Source: a virus
Virus record (IMG/VR): IMGVR_UViG_3300044908_000045
Location: 32,001 to 96,000 of that record
Reading direction: 5' to 3' (one strand)
DNA length: 64,000 nt
Part shown: piece after piece, positions 1-10,501 of the stretch
Layout of the letters: each line of letters starts with the position of its first letter
Position numbering within the stretch: position 1 is the first letter of the stretch
Program-made: the position numbers and the translations under genes
The notes under the pieces: model-generated
Database searches by the model: none
What the model saw: only the letters and a program-made list of their open reading frames with translations
Told to the model about the DNA's origin: nothing

Positions 1-63
1 AAGGATCGCGAGGCGGCTCGTAACTGCCTCGCGATCCGATCATTATGTCATGGAAACAGTGCG

Positions 64-600
64 TTGACCACAATGCTTGGTCTGCCTCCGCCAGTTCGCA
101 TTCCTCGTCAGCGTCCCGCGCAACGACCGCCGCGCCCATTCTCGGATGTCAAGATGGCGACGGCGGATGACGCTGACGATCTGATTTGGTTCCTGCGCTC
201 GGTCGCTGATGAGATAGACGGGGGTGCCGCCGAGGACGATTTGATGACGGCGATGGCCACGCAGTTGGCGTGCCGTGACGGTGGGATGGCGTTGATCGTG
301 CGCGGATCGCGCGGCATTGAGGCGAGCATGGGGATCGTGTTTCTCCGACCGCTGTTGTCGCGAAATTACTTTCTGCACACGGTCTGGCGAGTTGTGGCCC
401 CAGAGGCGCGGATGACGGGGCATGCCAAATCGCTACTGGTCGAGGCCCGCAAATACGCCGACGGGATCGGACGGCGGCTGCAAAACATCGAGTACGCTGC
501 CGAGATCGATGCCCCGACAATCAGGCTTTGCACCCGCCATTTGAAAATCAGCGGCGCGGTTTTTTCGCACATACCAGAAAATGCCAGTCCGCCTGGCTGA
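64..600 (+). CDS. GNAT-like acetyltransferase, virion-module associated
   Basis: VKMATADD N-terminus and VAPEARMTGHAKSLL motif A-like segment; lies upstream of ejection proteins; start may be ATG 73. Confidence 0.55.
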   Translation: MTTMLGLPPPVRIPRQRPAQRPPRPFSDVKMATADDADDLIWFLRSVADEIDGGAAEDDLMTAMATQLACRDGGMALIVRGSRGIEASMGIVFLRPLLSRNYFLHTVWRVVAPEARMTGHAKSLLVEARKYADGIGRRLQNIEYAAEIDAPTIRLCTRHLKISGAVFSHIPENASPPG

Positions 601-1045
601 GCCAGCGGACGAGGAACCGCTCTTTGCGTTGCTGATGTCGCTCGCGGCGGATAACAACTCTTTTGGTGACGAACTCGACGAACGCCGCATCCGTGAGCAC
701 ATCCAGCTTGGCACTAAGCGACGCGGCGGATTGCATGGGGTGATTGATGGCGATGACGAATTGGCGGCCAGTATCGGGATCATCTGGGACCGCTGGTGGT
801 ATGCCAAGCAGTATATGCTATCGCAGATTTGGTTGTTTGTGAGACCGGCGTATCGGCATTTCCCCTACGAGCGAGAGTTGATCGAATGGGCTAAGCAGAA
901 GCGGCGGCAGATCGAGGCGGGGGCGGGACAAAAGGTACCGTTAGCTCACACAGTGATCTCGCAGACGCGGCTCCCTACCAAGCTCAGACTGTGGCGCAGG
1001 CGGTCAGGCAGTGAGATGATCGGCGGGGTATTCCTGATTCGCTGA
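581..1045 (+). CDS. GNAT-like acetyltransferase (paralog of upstream gene)
   Basis: VRLAEPADE start and WLFVRPAYR motif; overlaps upstream stop. Confidence 0.6.
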   Translation: MPVRLAEPADEEPLFALLMSLAADNNSFGDELDERRIREHIQLGTKRRGGLHGVIDGDDELAASIGIIWDRWWYAKQYMLSQIWLFVRPAYRHFPYERELIEWAKQKRRQIEAGAGQKVPLAHTVISQTRLPTKLRLWRRRSGSEMIGGVFLIR

Positions 1046-1137
1046 GAATTATGGTACTGTGCTGCGTTCCCCGTGTCTGGGAGCCTTGACCCAAGTCTGA
1101 GCGCCGCCCCGTTCAGCCGGGCTCCGGCAGCGCGGCG

Positions 1138-4100
1138 ATGGGAAAATCTTCGGGCGGCACAAATACCGTAGAAACACAAAGCGCACCTCCAGCTCAGTTC
1201 CTCAATGCCTATTCGGGGGCGGTCAGCAATGCGCAGAATCTGGCGGCGCAGCCCTATCAGCAATATTCTGGCTCTCTGCTGGCCCCGCTCAACAATGAGC
1301 AATTGAACGCCGCTTACAACGCGCCGAGCCTTTCCAGCAACGCAACGCCGTATCTCAATGAGGCGCAGCAGTATTTTCAAAATGCGGCGACGCCGATTAC
1401 CGCAACGCCGTTTTCAACATCACAAGTCAACCAATATCTGTCGCCGTACACCCAGGACGTTACGTCGTCGCTGCAAAATTTGTTCAATCAGCAGAATGCG
1501 ACGCAGTTGAGCCAAGTGCAGGGTAATGCTGCGGCACAAGGTGCCTTTGGCGGTGACCGTGAAGCGGTGGCGGCGGCACAGACGGCAGGGCAGCAGCAGG
1601 CTCAAGAAGCGCCAGTTCTCGCGCAAAACCTACAGACTGGCTACAACACGGCGCTTGGCGAATTCAATGCACAACAGCAGGCAAACCTGCAAGCGCAGCA
1701 AGCCACTGGCTGGCTACAGCAAGGTGCCGGGTATGGTGTCGGCAATCTTGGCCAAGAAAATTACAACATTGGCCAGGGAACGCTTGGCACCGAGGCGAGT
1801 CTCGGTGGTCTCCTCCAGCAACAAGCGCAGGAGGGACTCAATATCCCCTACGAGCAGTTCATCGCTCAGCAATCTTACCCGTACCAAGAGGCAGGATGGG
1901 AGGCCAACATCGCCGAGGGGCTGGGCGGGGCATCGGGGGGCACATCGTCAACGCAATATCCGGGGCCAAGCGCACTGTCACAGGTTGCTGGGTTGGGGTT
2001 GACGGGAACCGGCATCCTGGGCGCGACGGGAGCATTTGGGTCGGGCGGCTATCTTACTGGCGCTGGCGGGCTGGCCGACGAATTGCTCGGCAATGCTGGC
2101 AGCTTTGCGCCCGCCGCTGGCGCAGCGAGTGATGCTGCGCTCGCGCTCGGTCCAGAACTTGCCACTGCCACCGACTTCTCAGGGGGGCTCGCGGGCGCTG
2201 GGGCGGCGATTCTGGGTGCGCCTGTAGGCGTTAGGACGGGGGGGCGTATCCCGCGCCAAGACGGAGGCGGCAGCAATTCATCCGCCGCTCCGACGCCTAC
2301 CTCGAACGCATTGCAGAGTTTGCTGGTCAATCAGTTGCTCTACGGGGGCGGCTCGGGCGGCGATTACGCGGCGGGAGGCAGGATCAGACGGCAAGCGGGT
2401 GGCCCGCTGAGCACGCCGTATTCGGGTCTGACGATCCCTGGCATGCCCACATTGCAATCGGCGATGGGGCAGGCGAACGCGCCGCAAGGACCGCAGCCGT
2501 CGCAGCCGCCAAATCTGTCGAGCGGCTATATTCCAACGCCGCCGCCATCGGCGGGGGGGCGCGGGATACCGACTGGGGCTGGCGCTGGGATGCAGCAGCA
2601 ACAGCAACAGCCGGTCATGCAGGCATTGCAGACCCTCCAAGCACTGAAGGGTCTGAAAGGGCTGTTCCCTGGCGATTCCTCCGACACGCCTGCGGCTTCG
2701 GCAGGCGGTGCCGTGACGCTGGGCACGCCATACCAAGGCTTCGATGACGGCGGTGCCGCCATACAGCAGGCGGGGCAATCCGGGACTGGCGGGGGCACCC
2801 CGTTATCGCAGGGGTTGCTACAGCAATATCTACAGATGCCGCTGGAGCAGTTGCAGGAACTGGCGCAACGCGCGCCGCCGACAACCCCGCAGGGTCAGTC
2901 GATCCAGCGTGCTCTGCAATTGAAGCACATGAACCCCGGATCGGGGATTGGAGGGGCTGGTGCACCGCAGCCGCCCGCATCACCGCAGGGTCTCGCCGCG
3001 ACTCCAGCGCCGACTGGCCCTGCGACCTCAGGACTTTCCCCAGTGTTGGCGGCGAATTGGAAAGGCGGCCGCATCGGGCGTCAAGAGGGCGGCGATATTC
3101 CAGGACTCTCGGTTTCGGCGGATTCAGCCTTCGCGCAGCCGCAGTCGCCAGACGTGGACATTCCCGGCGTCTCGATCGCGACGGCGCCGAACGCGCAAGT
3201 CGTGACCCAGAAAGGTGATGAGCCACCGCAAAAGGCTGCGCCGCAGATGGTCCCTGGCGGGGCTGGGCTTGCTGCGCCGCCAAAAGCCAATGCCTCGCCG
3301 CAGTTATTTGCGCCGCCATCATTGGCAAACCCAGTGCCATCAGCGGGCAGCGGTTCGCCGCCCATGAGCTACAACGATTACGTCAATAATTACACTCCGA
3401 AAGAAGTAGCGACTGGCCAAGCCCCGAAAGGGCAGGCTGATGACAATAGCGGCGGTGAACGCAGTAACGGTCTGTCAGCAGGCTTGCCGGACGCCAAGAG
3501 CATCGGGGTTAATCCGCTAGTCTACAACTATCTGGTTGACCACGTTGCCCCCAGAGAATCGCGTGGTAATCCCAATGCGCTCTACGGTGGTGGCAGTTTT
3601 ACCGATATGTCGCAGCACCCAGCCGACGCTGGTTGGAAGGGCGGCACGGGACCTACTGGGCAACCCACCAGCGCTGCCGGGCTTCTGCAGGACGAGAAAG
3701 ACACTTGGCATCGCATCCAGCTGGCGACCGGGGTTTCTGACTTCTCCCCGGCATCGCAGATCAAGGGCAATGCGTGGTTGGCGCAGCAGACGTATCACGA
3801 CCGCACTGGTCGCGATCTCGCGACCGATCTCGCGGCGGGGAAAACCGCACAGGTTGACCAAGCGCTATCAGGCCAGTGGCCGTCACTGGCATCAAAACAG
3901 GGCGGCAAGCCCTCGTTGGCGAATGGTCCGCAGCTTGGCACTGGGGCGGGCTCTGGTCCGGCGCTGACCGCGCCATTCTCGCAGGAGAGCGGCGCGGGTG
4001 GGGGAGGCGGACTGGACTTGAGCCAGTTGTCCAGACTGACGGGAACTCAGCGCACGGCAACAGGCGACTTCTATTCAAGCCCGTGGATGCCGCTGATTGC

Positions 4101-5646
4101 AGCGGGGGCGGGTATGCTGGCATCGCGGTCGCCATACCCAGGCGTGGCCCTTGGGGAGGGCTTAGAGACGGGGCTCAAGACGCTCGGTAGTCAGCAGTCC
4201 GAGATTCCAGAGAACCAGCTGCGAGAGGCCCAAGCGCAGACTGCGCAGATTACCAATGCGCTGTTGCCAATCCAGATGCAGGCGTTGGCGGGTGGTCAAG
4301 CAGCGCCATCGGGCGGTCCGTTAGGACAGCCTGGCGGCACAGCAGGCACGGGCGGAGCGGGACCTGCTGCGGTGACAGGAAGCCCAGCATCGGCGGCTGG
4401 AGCCACGCCTTCGGGCGGCCCACCCCTAACCCCCGGCACCGTGCAGGGCGCAAGCGGCATGCCTGAACCGGCCAATATGGGTCAAAACCCACAGTTCGCG
4501 GGGCTGGACAGCCAGTATCAGGCGATCGGCGCACAGATAGCGCAGTTGAAGCGGATCATTCCGCTGTACCCGCAGCACGCGCCAGAACTGACCGCGTCGC
4601 TGGCGAGCCAGATGGACAACTACACCAAGTTGATGCTCGGCGACCCCCGGATGCAGGCGCAGGCCGAGGCAATGAAGGACTGGGCGGCAGTGGCGCCGAA
4701 GGCAGTGCAGGCCGAGAATGAGGCGGAGTCTCGATACAACAACACAGCAACGCGAGGCCCGCCAGGCAGCTATATGTATAGAGGCAGTCAGGTGGTTGGC
4801 GCGACTCCGACCGTGCGCACAGTCACCGATCCGGGTAGCGGGGCTAAGTCGGAGCAATTCTTTGCGCCGCCGCTGCCTGGGCAACAGGGCGCATCACCCG
4901 CAACGCAGCAGGGGCCAGCAGCAACCCAATCGCCAGCGGGGGCCGGCGCCCCGGCTGAGGATGGCGCGCTGGGCAAGTCTTGGCAGACCGAACTTGGCCC
5001 TGGGCAGAAAGTATCTCTGGAGGATCGCGCTAAAATTGAGCAGGCCGGACGAGAGGAGACGCTGAAAGAAGCGCAGTCGGCGCAAAACCAACAGTCCACC
5101 CTGAACGTGATGAAAGACAACGCAGCCAATATTTATACTGGCCCTGGAGCAAGCTACGTCGGCGACTTTAATAGAATTGCCCGGCTGGTAGACCCAGCCT
5201 ACGATGATACTGTGGCGGCCCGCGAAAGCTTCATGAAGAACGGCGGGCAGTTGATCCGGCAGGCGACCCGCGAATTGTCACCGCGTGCGGCATTCCAAGA
5301 AGTGCGATTTGTCCAGTCCACGCTGCCGAACCCAGATATGTCCCCGAAGGGACTGAATGCGGTCATTGGCGAACTGCAGGGTCTGAACGATTACAAAATC
5401 GCCAAGGCGAATGCTCAAGCGCAGTGGGAAACGGAACACGGCGGCGTTGGTCATGTTGAGGGATTTGAAAGCGACTGGCAGGCGAAAGCGCCAGTGACCC
5501 CATACACCTTCATCATTTCGCGGATGCCGCAGAACGAACGGCAAGAGTTATTTGGCAGAATGGCCACGACCGATGAGGGTCGGGCGCAATTACAGCGCTT
5601 TGCTCAAGAGCGCCAAACTGCAACAGCGAACGGGTGGACCCAGTGA
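1138..5646 (+). CDS. DNA transfer/ejection (internal virion) protein with lambda-R-like muramidase domain
   Basis: MGKSSGG start; Q/A/G-rich with YLSPY and GAFGGDR ejection-protein motifs; ESRGNPNALYGG...SAAGLLQ...TW...DFSPASQ muramidase-like segment at ~3520-3890. Confidence 0.75.
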   Translation: MGKSSGGTNTVETQSAPPAQFLNAYSGAVSNAQNLAAQPYQQYSGSLLAPLNNEQLNAAYNAPSLSSNATPYLNEAQQYFQNAATPITATPFSTSQVNQYLSPYTQDVTSSLQNLFNQQNATQLSQVQGNAAAQGAFGGDREAVAAAQTAGQQQAQEAPVLAQNLQTGYNTALGEFNAQQQANLQAQQATGWLQQGAGYGVGNLGQENYNIGQGTLGTEASLGGLLQQQAQEGLNIPYEQFIAQQSYPYQEAGWEANIAEGLGGASGGTSSTQYPGPSALSQVAGLGLTGTGILGATGAFGSGGYLTGAGGLADELLGNAGSFAPAAGAASDAALALGPELATATDFSGGLAGAGAAILGAPVGVRTGGRIPRQDGGGSNSSAAPTPTSNALQSLLVNQLLYGGGSGGDYAAGGRIRRQAGGPLSTPYSGLTIPGMPTLQSAMGQANAPQGPQPSQPPNLSSGYIPTPPPSAGGRGIPTGAGAGMQQQQQQPVMQALQTLQALKGLKGLFPGDSSDTPAASAGGAVTLGTPYQGFDDGGAAIQQAGQSGTGGGTPLSQGLLQQYLQMPLEQLQELAQRAPPTTPQGQSIQRALQLKHMNPGSGIGGAGAPQPPASPQGLAATPAPTGPATSGLSPVLAANWKGGRIGRQEGGDIPGLSVSADSAFAQPQSPDVDIPGVSIATAPNAQVVTQKGDEPPQKAAPQMVPGGAGLAAPPKANASPQLFAPPSLANPVPSAGSGSPPMSYNDYVNNYTPKEVATGQAPKGQADDNSGGERSNGLSAGLPDAKSIGVNPLVYNYLVDHVAPRESRGNPNALYGGGSFTDMSQHPADAGWKGGTGPTGQPTSAAGLLQDEKDTWHRIQLATGVSDFSPASQIKGNAWLAQQTYHDRTGRDLATDLAAGKTAQVDQALSGQWPSLASKQGGKPSLANGPQLGTGAGSGPALTAPFSQESGAGGGGGLDLSQLSRLTGTQRTATGDFYSSPWMPLIAAGAGMLASRSPYPGVALGEGLETGLKTLGSQQSEIPENQLREAQAQTAQITNALLPIQMQALAGGQAAPSGGPLGQPGGTAGTGGAGPAAVTGSPASAAGATPSGGPPLTPGTVQGASGMPEPANMGQNPQFAGLDSQYQAIGAQIAQLKRIIPLYPQHAPELTASLASQMDNYTKLMLGDPRMQAQAEAMKDWAAVAPKAVQAENEAESRYNNTATRGPPGSYMYRGSQVVGATPTVRTVTDPGSGAKSEQFFAPPLPGQQGASPATQQGPAATQSPAGAGAPAEDGALGKSWQTELGPGQKVSLEDRAKIEQAGREETLKEAQSAQNQQSTLNVMKDNAANIYTGPGASYVGDFNRIARLVDPAYDDTVAARESFMKNGGQLIRQATRELSPRAAFQEVRFVQSTLPNPDMSPKGLNAVIGELQGLNDYKIAKANAQAQWETEHGGVGHVEGFESDWQAKAPVTPYTFIISRMPQNERQELFGRMATTDEGRAQLQRFAQERQTATANGWTQ

Positions 5647-8600
5647 GCGACCCGGTTTTAGACGATATCGGGGCGGCGCTACGACAGACTCCCGCGAGTA
5701 CCGGATCGGCGACGGCGTCGCCGGACATTCCGGCAACTCCAACGCCAGCCGCATCTTCAGATCCCATGCTGGGCGACATCCACGCGGCGCTATCGGGCAA
5801 AACCACTCCTAGCGAAACCTCGGCTACGAGCAAGCCTTCTGACCCAGGCATCGTTGCATCAGGATTGGCTGGGGTGAATACCGGGCTGATTGCCGACACC
5901 CTAGGCGCAGTGACCGGCATACCTACCGACTTGGCCAACGCGATCATTGCCAACCCCCTCAATCCGAAGTGGCATCTTTTTGAAAACCCACTCCCATCTG
6001 AGTGGTGGAACAAGCAGATGGGCAAGATCGGCATCGGCACTGAAGCGGCAGTGCCGCAGACTACCGCCGAGAAGATTGCGCAGAGTGCTGGACGTGGTGC
6101 TGGGCAAATGCTCGCCACGGCAATTCCAGGGAAAGCTGAGATTTCAGCCGCAGAGGCAGCAGGTGCCGAGGCGTCGCCGCTTGGCAAACTCGCGGGGGAG
6201 GGCTCGGTTGCCGGTCAGGCGGCACTTGGCGCTGCCGGTGGTGCGGGCGGTGAGGTCGGTAAGGAAAACGCACCGGCAGGGTATGAGGGTGCTGGCGAGA
6301 TCATCGGCAACCTTGCGGGCGGCATCCTGCCTGCGGGCGCCGCAGCTGGGGCTGTTGGACTAACACGCGGTGCCCGCGATGTTGCGGGCAATGTCGTCCC
6401 TCCCTTGACGGCAGCAGGGCGCGAGGCGGCGGCTGGCAACCTCGCATCACAGGCACTCGAACACAGCGCTGCCGACCCGAATGCGGCGTTTGACGCGTTG
6501 CAGGATCGGGTCGAGGCAGACAACGCCGAACTGATCCCCGGCTCAAAACCGACGACCGCTGAGTTGGCCAATGATCCCGGCTTGGCCACGCTAGAGCGGA
6601 CGCGCGCGCGCCAAAACCCAGAGATGGCGACAGCGGTCACCGAGCAACGCGCCGAGAACAATGAGGCTCGGGTCAAAGCGTTGAGCGGTATGTCTCCAGA
6701 GACCGCGACGCCAAAGGCCGCGCAAACCGCATTACGTCAGCATTTACAGAACATTGATGATTTGGGGGCGAAAAATCTGGAGGCGGCGCGACAGGGTGTC
6801 GAAAACACCTTCGAGCCGGCCACTACAACATTGGAACAGCAGGAAAATCAGGCGCAGTCCGAAGCAACGAATGCGGTCAATAGCTTAGGCGGGGCCGAGG
6901 CGCTGGGCTCGGCTGAAGAACGCGCCGCCGCTCCTGCCGCCTACGGGGCAGCGATGCGCGATCCAGCGCAGGAAGCCTACGTCGCCGAACGCAGCCGGCT
7001 CAATGACTTACGGCAGGCCGTTGATCCCTCGGGCACGATGGGGATGCGCCCCGATGCCGCAAAAGCGGCGGTGGGCAGCATCATTGATACCTTCAAGCCA
7101 GAAGGCGGGGTGATGTATAGCGGTGCCGAGCGGCACCTCTACGACACGGTGAACGGGTGGGGATCGCTGATTCCGATCGACCAAGCATTCCAGATGCGCG
7201 CCAACATCAACGGCCGGCTGGCACAGGCGATGGACCATTCGCCGCAGGAAGCCAAGCGGCTTCTGATGCTAAAACAAGGGGTTGACCAGTCCATCACCGA
7301 CACGGTCGGCGACACGCAAGTCGCTGAGCAAGCTGGCGCTATCAACAAGGATGCGCCGCCGATCGAGGACCGCATCGCGGGGCTTGCGTCAACCCCAGGG
7401 ATGGGACCATCTTTCATCCAAGATGTCGCTAGAGCTTACGCATCCAACCCCACCGCTCTCCGGGCCGCAAGAGGAGACGAGACGGGGCGTGGCATACTTG
7501 CAGCGGCAGACCGCCAAGCTGAGCCCGTTCCAGCGGGAACAATGGTTGGCGGTGGTGGAGAGGGGCGCGATCCGAACGGGGGATCTAGCGGTGGTGCGGG
7601 CGGTGAGGGAGTTCCGCAAGAGCCTGCGCTAACGCCGCTGACCGACGAGGCGCGCCAGCGTTTCGCCCAATGGAATCAAGAATATGCCGAGATGAAGCGG
7701 CAATTCCAGGGGGAGACCGCTGGGAAGCTGCACGCCGTCGGCAAGATGCTGCAAAAGGGCGGTGCCTACGACAGCTTCAAACTTGCTGATTCTCAAGTGC
7801 CTTGGCTGTTTGTTGACGGCAAGCAAACTGCCAGAGAAGGCATTCAGCGGTTTCTCGCCGCGACACCGCCAGAGGCGCACCAAGCGCTTGATAACGCCTA
7901 TAGTTTTTCCCTGCGCCGCGCGGCTCAGAACCCTGACACGGGGGCGCTCGATCTGCCAAAGTACAATCGCTGGCTGACGGCGCATGAGGCGGGACTTTCT
8001 GAGCGTCCTGAACTACTTAACCAGTTCAACACCGCCGCCAAGGCACAGCAGCGACTGAACGACATCCGAAGCAATCTGGCTGATTTGCAGAAGTCATATG
8101 CCGACGCTCTGAAGGGCGCGGAAAAGGGGGCGACCAGCGATCACCTCGATGCGCGGAATGCATTCACCAAATCGGTTGCTGGGCAATTCATCGGCGACGA
8201 TCCCGACAAGGCAATCATGCGGGTGTTCACTGGCCCCGATCGGGCGCAGAAAGCCCAGGCTTTGATGGGGCTCATGGCTGGGAACAAGCCAGCGATCGAG
8301 GGTCTGCAGCGCGCGGCGATCGACCACATCATCGAAAAATACTCAGGCTCGGCAATGGCTGGTGCCGAGAGCGGCGCACTGAAGCCGCAGATGTTGCAGG
8401 ATTTCATTGCCGCCAATCGTGGCGTGCTGGACGTTCTGTTCCCCAATGGACTTGCCAAGAATTTTGACGCATTATCCGAGGATCTAAAGCGCTCCCAGTT
8501 GGTACCGAACGCCAAATTACCGGGCGGTTCCGACACTATGCAATTGCAGAACGCCGCGAAAGAACACGAGGTCGAGCCCGACAAAGGGAATCTTCTCCAA

Positions 8601-9185
8601 CTCGCGACGGCTTTCGCTGCTGAGCGCGCGGGCGAAGCGCTGACTGGCATTCCCGGCGCGGCTATCGCTGTGCCGCTGACAATGCGCTGGCTGAAAGGCA
8701 AATCGAGCGCATTGCAGTTGCGCTCCAATCAGATGCTCGACCAGATGCTGCTCGATCCAAAATACGCCGTTGAGATGCGCAACGCTTACCCGGCAAAAGG
8801 CGAGGTGGTACGGCCTGCGGTGCTGAACCGTTTTGCCGCGCGTGTCGTGCAGAACGCGGTTCAGACGGCGCGTGGCACCGACCTGACAACGCCCCAGCAG
8901 AGAGCGGGCTACAAAGCGGGCGGCTCAGTCGCTGACGACCCAGTGCGGGGGATGTCAATCGAGATGCAAGGCAAGCACCTCGCCGATCTCGCAATGAAGA
9001 TTCGCCAGCAGCATTTCGCCGATGGCGGCGGGGTTGCCAGTGACGACGAGCCAGACGAAGACGACACAGAAGACGACCCGCGCGGTCTCCCAATCGCCGC
9101 TCAGGGCGCGCATCTTGCTGATATGGCCGAGAAATACCGCAAGGAAATGAGTGCGCGGGACGAGGCTGCGGTGCCAGCCGATTGA
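5643..9185 (+). CDS. large internal virion/ejection protein
   Basis: GTG overlaps upstream TGA; ~1180 aa, Ala/Gly-rich and helical; position after the DNA transfer protein. Confidence 0.65.
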   Translation: MSDPVLDDIGAALRQTPASTGSATASPDIPATPTPAASSDPMLGDIHAALSGKTTPSETSATSKPSDPGIVASGLAGVNTGLIADTLGAVTGIPTDLANAIIANPLNPKWHLFENPLPSEWWNKQMGKIGIGTEAAVPQTTAEKIAQSAGRGAGQMLATAIPGKAEISAAEAAGAEASPLGKLAGEGSVAGQAALGAAGGAGGEVGKENAPAGYEGAGEIIGNLAGGILPAGAAAGAVGLTRGARDVAGNVVPPLTAAGREAAAGNLASQALEHSAADPNAAFDALQDRVEADNAELIPGSKPTTAELANDPGLATLERTRARQNPEMATAVTEQRAENNEARVKALSGMSPETATPKAAQTALRQHLQNIDDLGAKNLEAARQGVENTFEPATTTLEQQENQAQSEATNAVNSLGGAEALGSAEERAAAPAAYGAAMRDPAQEAYVAERSRLNDLRQAVDPSGTMGMRPDAAKAAVGSIIDTFKPEGGVMYSGAERHLYDTVNGWGSLIPIDQAFQMRANINGRLAQAMDHSPQEAKRLLMLKQGVDQSITDTVGDTQVAEQAGAINKDAPPIEDRIAGLASTPGMGPSFIQDVARAYASNPTALRAARGDETGRGILAAADRQAEPVPAGTMVGGGGEGRDPNGGSSGGAGGEGVPQEPALTPLTDEARQRFAQWNQEYAEMKRQFQGETAGKLHAVGKMLQKGGAYDSFKLADSQVPWLFVDGKQTAREGIQRFLAATPPEAHQALDNAYSFSLRRAAQNPDTGALDLPKYNRWLTAHEAGLSERPELLNQFNTAAKAQQRLNDIRSNLADLQKSYADALKGAEKGATSDHLDARNAFTKSVAGQFIGDDPDKAIMRVFTGPDRAQKAQALMGLMAGNKPAIEGLQRAAIDHIIEKYSGSAMAGAESGALKPQMLQDFIAANRGVLDVLFPNGLAKNFDALSEDLKRSQLVPNAKLPGGSDTMQLQNAAKEHEVEPDKGNLLQLATAFAAERAGEALTGIPGAAIAVPLTMRWLKGKSSALQLRSNQMLDQMLLDPKYAVEMRNAYPAKGEVVRPAVLNRFAARVVQNAVQTARGTDLTTPQQRAGYKAGGSVADDPVRGMSIEMQGKHLADLAMKIRQQHFADGGGVASDDEPDEDDTEDDPRGLPIAAQGAHLADMAEKYRKEMSARDEAAVPAD

Positions 9186-9286
9186 TGCTATAGTCAACGC
9201 TCGCCCCACGCTTGGGCGGTGCGAGCAATGTCCCGATGTCGGCTTTGCTAACCTCAACCGCAATCGACCACCTTCGGAGGTGCCCG

Positions 9287-10501
9287 ATGGCTATCGTGTA
9301 CAAAGCGACTAACGTCCATAACAGTCATTTCTACATCGGCGCGAGCGCTAAGGTTCTGAAAACGCGCCGTTCGCAGCACATCCTCGCTGCACACGACCCG
9401 AAGCAGGCGACCTGCCGAATTTTCCACGCGGCGTTGCGCAAATACGGCGCGGACGCCTTCAAGTGGGTGGTCTTGGAGCGGACGGCCACGATTGAAGAAG
9501 CGCTTGAGCGCGAGGCGATTCTGATCGCTGAACTCAAGCCCGAATACAACATCTCGAAGGGTGGTCGCGGCGTTTCGGGCGTCCCATGGACGGAAGAACG
9601 TCGCGCCGCATGGTCGGCAAAAATGAAGGGAAACAAAAGAACGCCTGAGACTAAAGCGAGATGGCAGGCCAGTTATCAAGAGGGAGGCTGGGGCAAACCC
9701 GTCATGTGCCTGGAGGATGGATTTGCTTTCAAGAGCGCCGCCGATGTTGCGCGGCATTATTCGATAAATGCTGGAGGGGTATCGGGGGCGTGCTCGGGTA
9801 AGCATGTGTCCGTCAATGGGCTACATTTTGCTTTTATAACTGGTCCACTAAGCGCTGACGAGCGAGCAAAAATTATCCGCTCGCGAGAACAAGAAAGCCA
9901 CCAACGTCGCCAAACCGCCGCCTTTGCGCGACCTCCGCTATCCGAAGACGCAAAGGCCCGGATCGGGGCTGCCTCGAAAGGTCGCAAGGCTAGGTTGGGA
10001 ATGCCAACGCCGGAATCAGCGAAGCGAAGATTGTCGGAGATCGGCAAGACCGATGAGGCACTAGCGCGGTTCGCCAAATATCGCGCATTAGGACCAGCCG
10101 CATCGGCACGGTCAGTCATTTGCCTTGACGATGGCAAAACGTATCAAAGCGCTAGTGCTGCCGCACGCGCCTACAACATACACAACAGTCTTGTTGTCGA
10201 GGTTTGCAATCGCGATCCACGTCGGGTCACTGCGGCTGGGCGCATCTTCCGATATATTGACGATAATCCCTCAGCTGAGGCCGATCTGGCTGCCGCACAG
10301 GAACGACTAGCTAACCAGCATAGTACCGCCCGCGCTAAGTTCTCGAAGGCTGTTATATGCGTGTCAGACGGGAGACTGTTCGCCTCCACCCAGGTGGCTG
10401 GCGCGGCATACGGCATACATCCATCCTTTATTGCTGGGGTCTGCCGGGGCGAGAGAAACTCCGCGCATGGGCTGTTATTCAGATACGAGGAGGAGGAATA
10501 G
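9287..10501 (+). CDS. GIY-YIG homing endonuclease with NUMOD/IENR-like DNA-binding repeats
   Basis: IVYKATN...FYIGAS, conserved R/E and YNISKGG; three repeats of V(M/I)C(L/V)xDG..F/Y.S; GGAGG RBS before ATG 9287. Confidence 0.9.
   Translation: MAIVYKATNVHNSHFYIGASAKVLKTRRSQHILAAHDPKQATCRIFHAALRKYGADAFKWVVLERTATIEEALEREAILIAELKPEYNISKGGRGVSGVPWTEERRAAWSAKMKGNKRTPETKARWQASYQEGGWGKPVMCLEDGFAFKSAADVARHYSINAGGVSGACSGKHVSVNGLHFAFITGPLSADERAKIIRSREQESHQRRQTAAFARPPLSEDAKARIGAASKGRKARLGMPTPESAKRRLSEIGKTDEALARFAKYRALGPAASARSVICLDDGKTYQSASAAARAYNIHNSLVVEVCNRDPRRVTAAGRIFRYIDDNPSAEADLAAAQERLANQHSTARAKFSKAVICVSDGRLFASTQVAGAAYGIHPSFIAGVCRGERNSAHGLLFRYEEEE

Noticed and set aside
9186-10501. Group I intron carrying the GIY-YIG gene
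   Set aside because: Flanking genes are complete with their own stop and start, and there is no room for a ribozyme core; treated as free-standing
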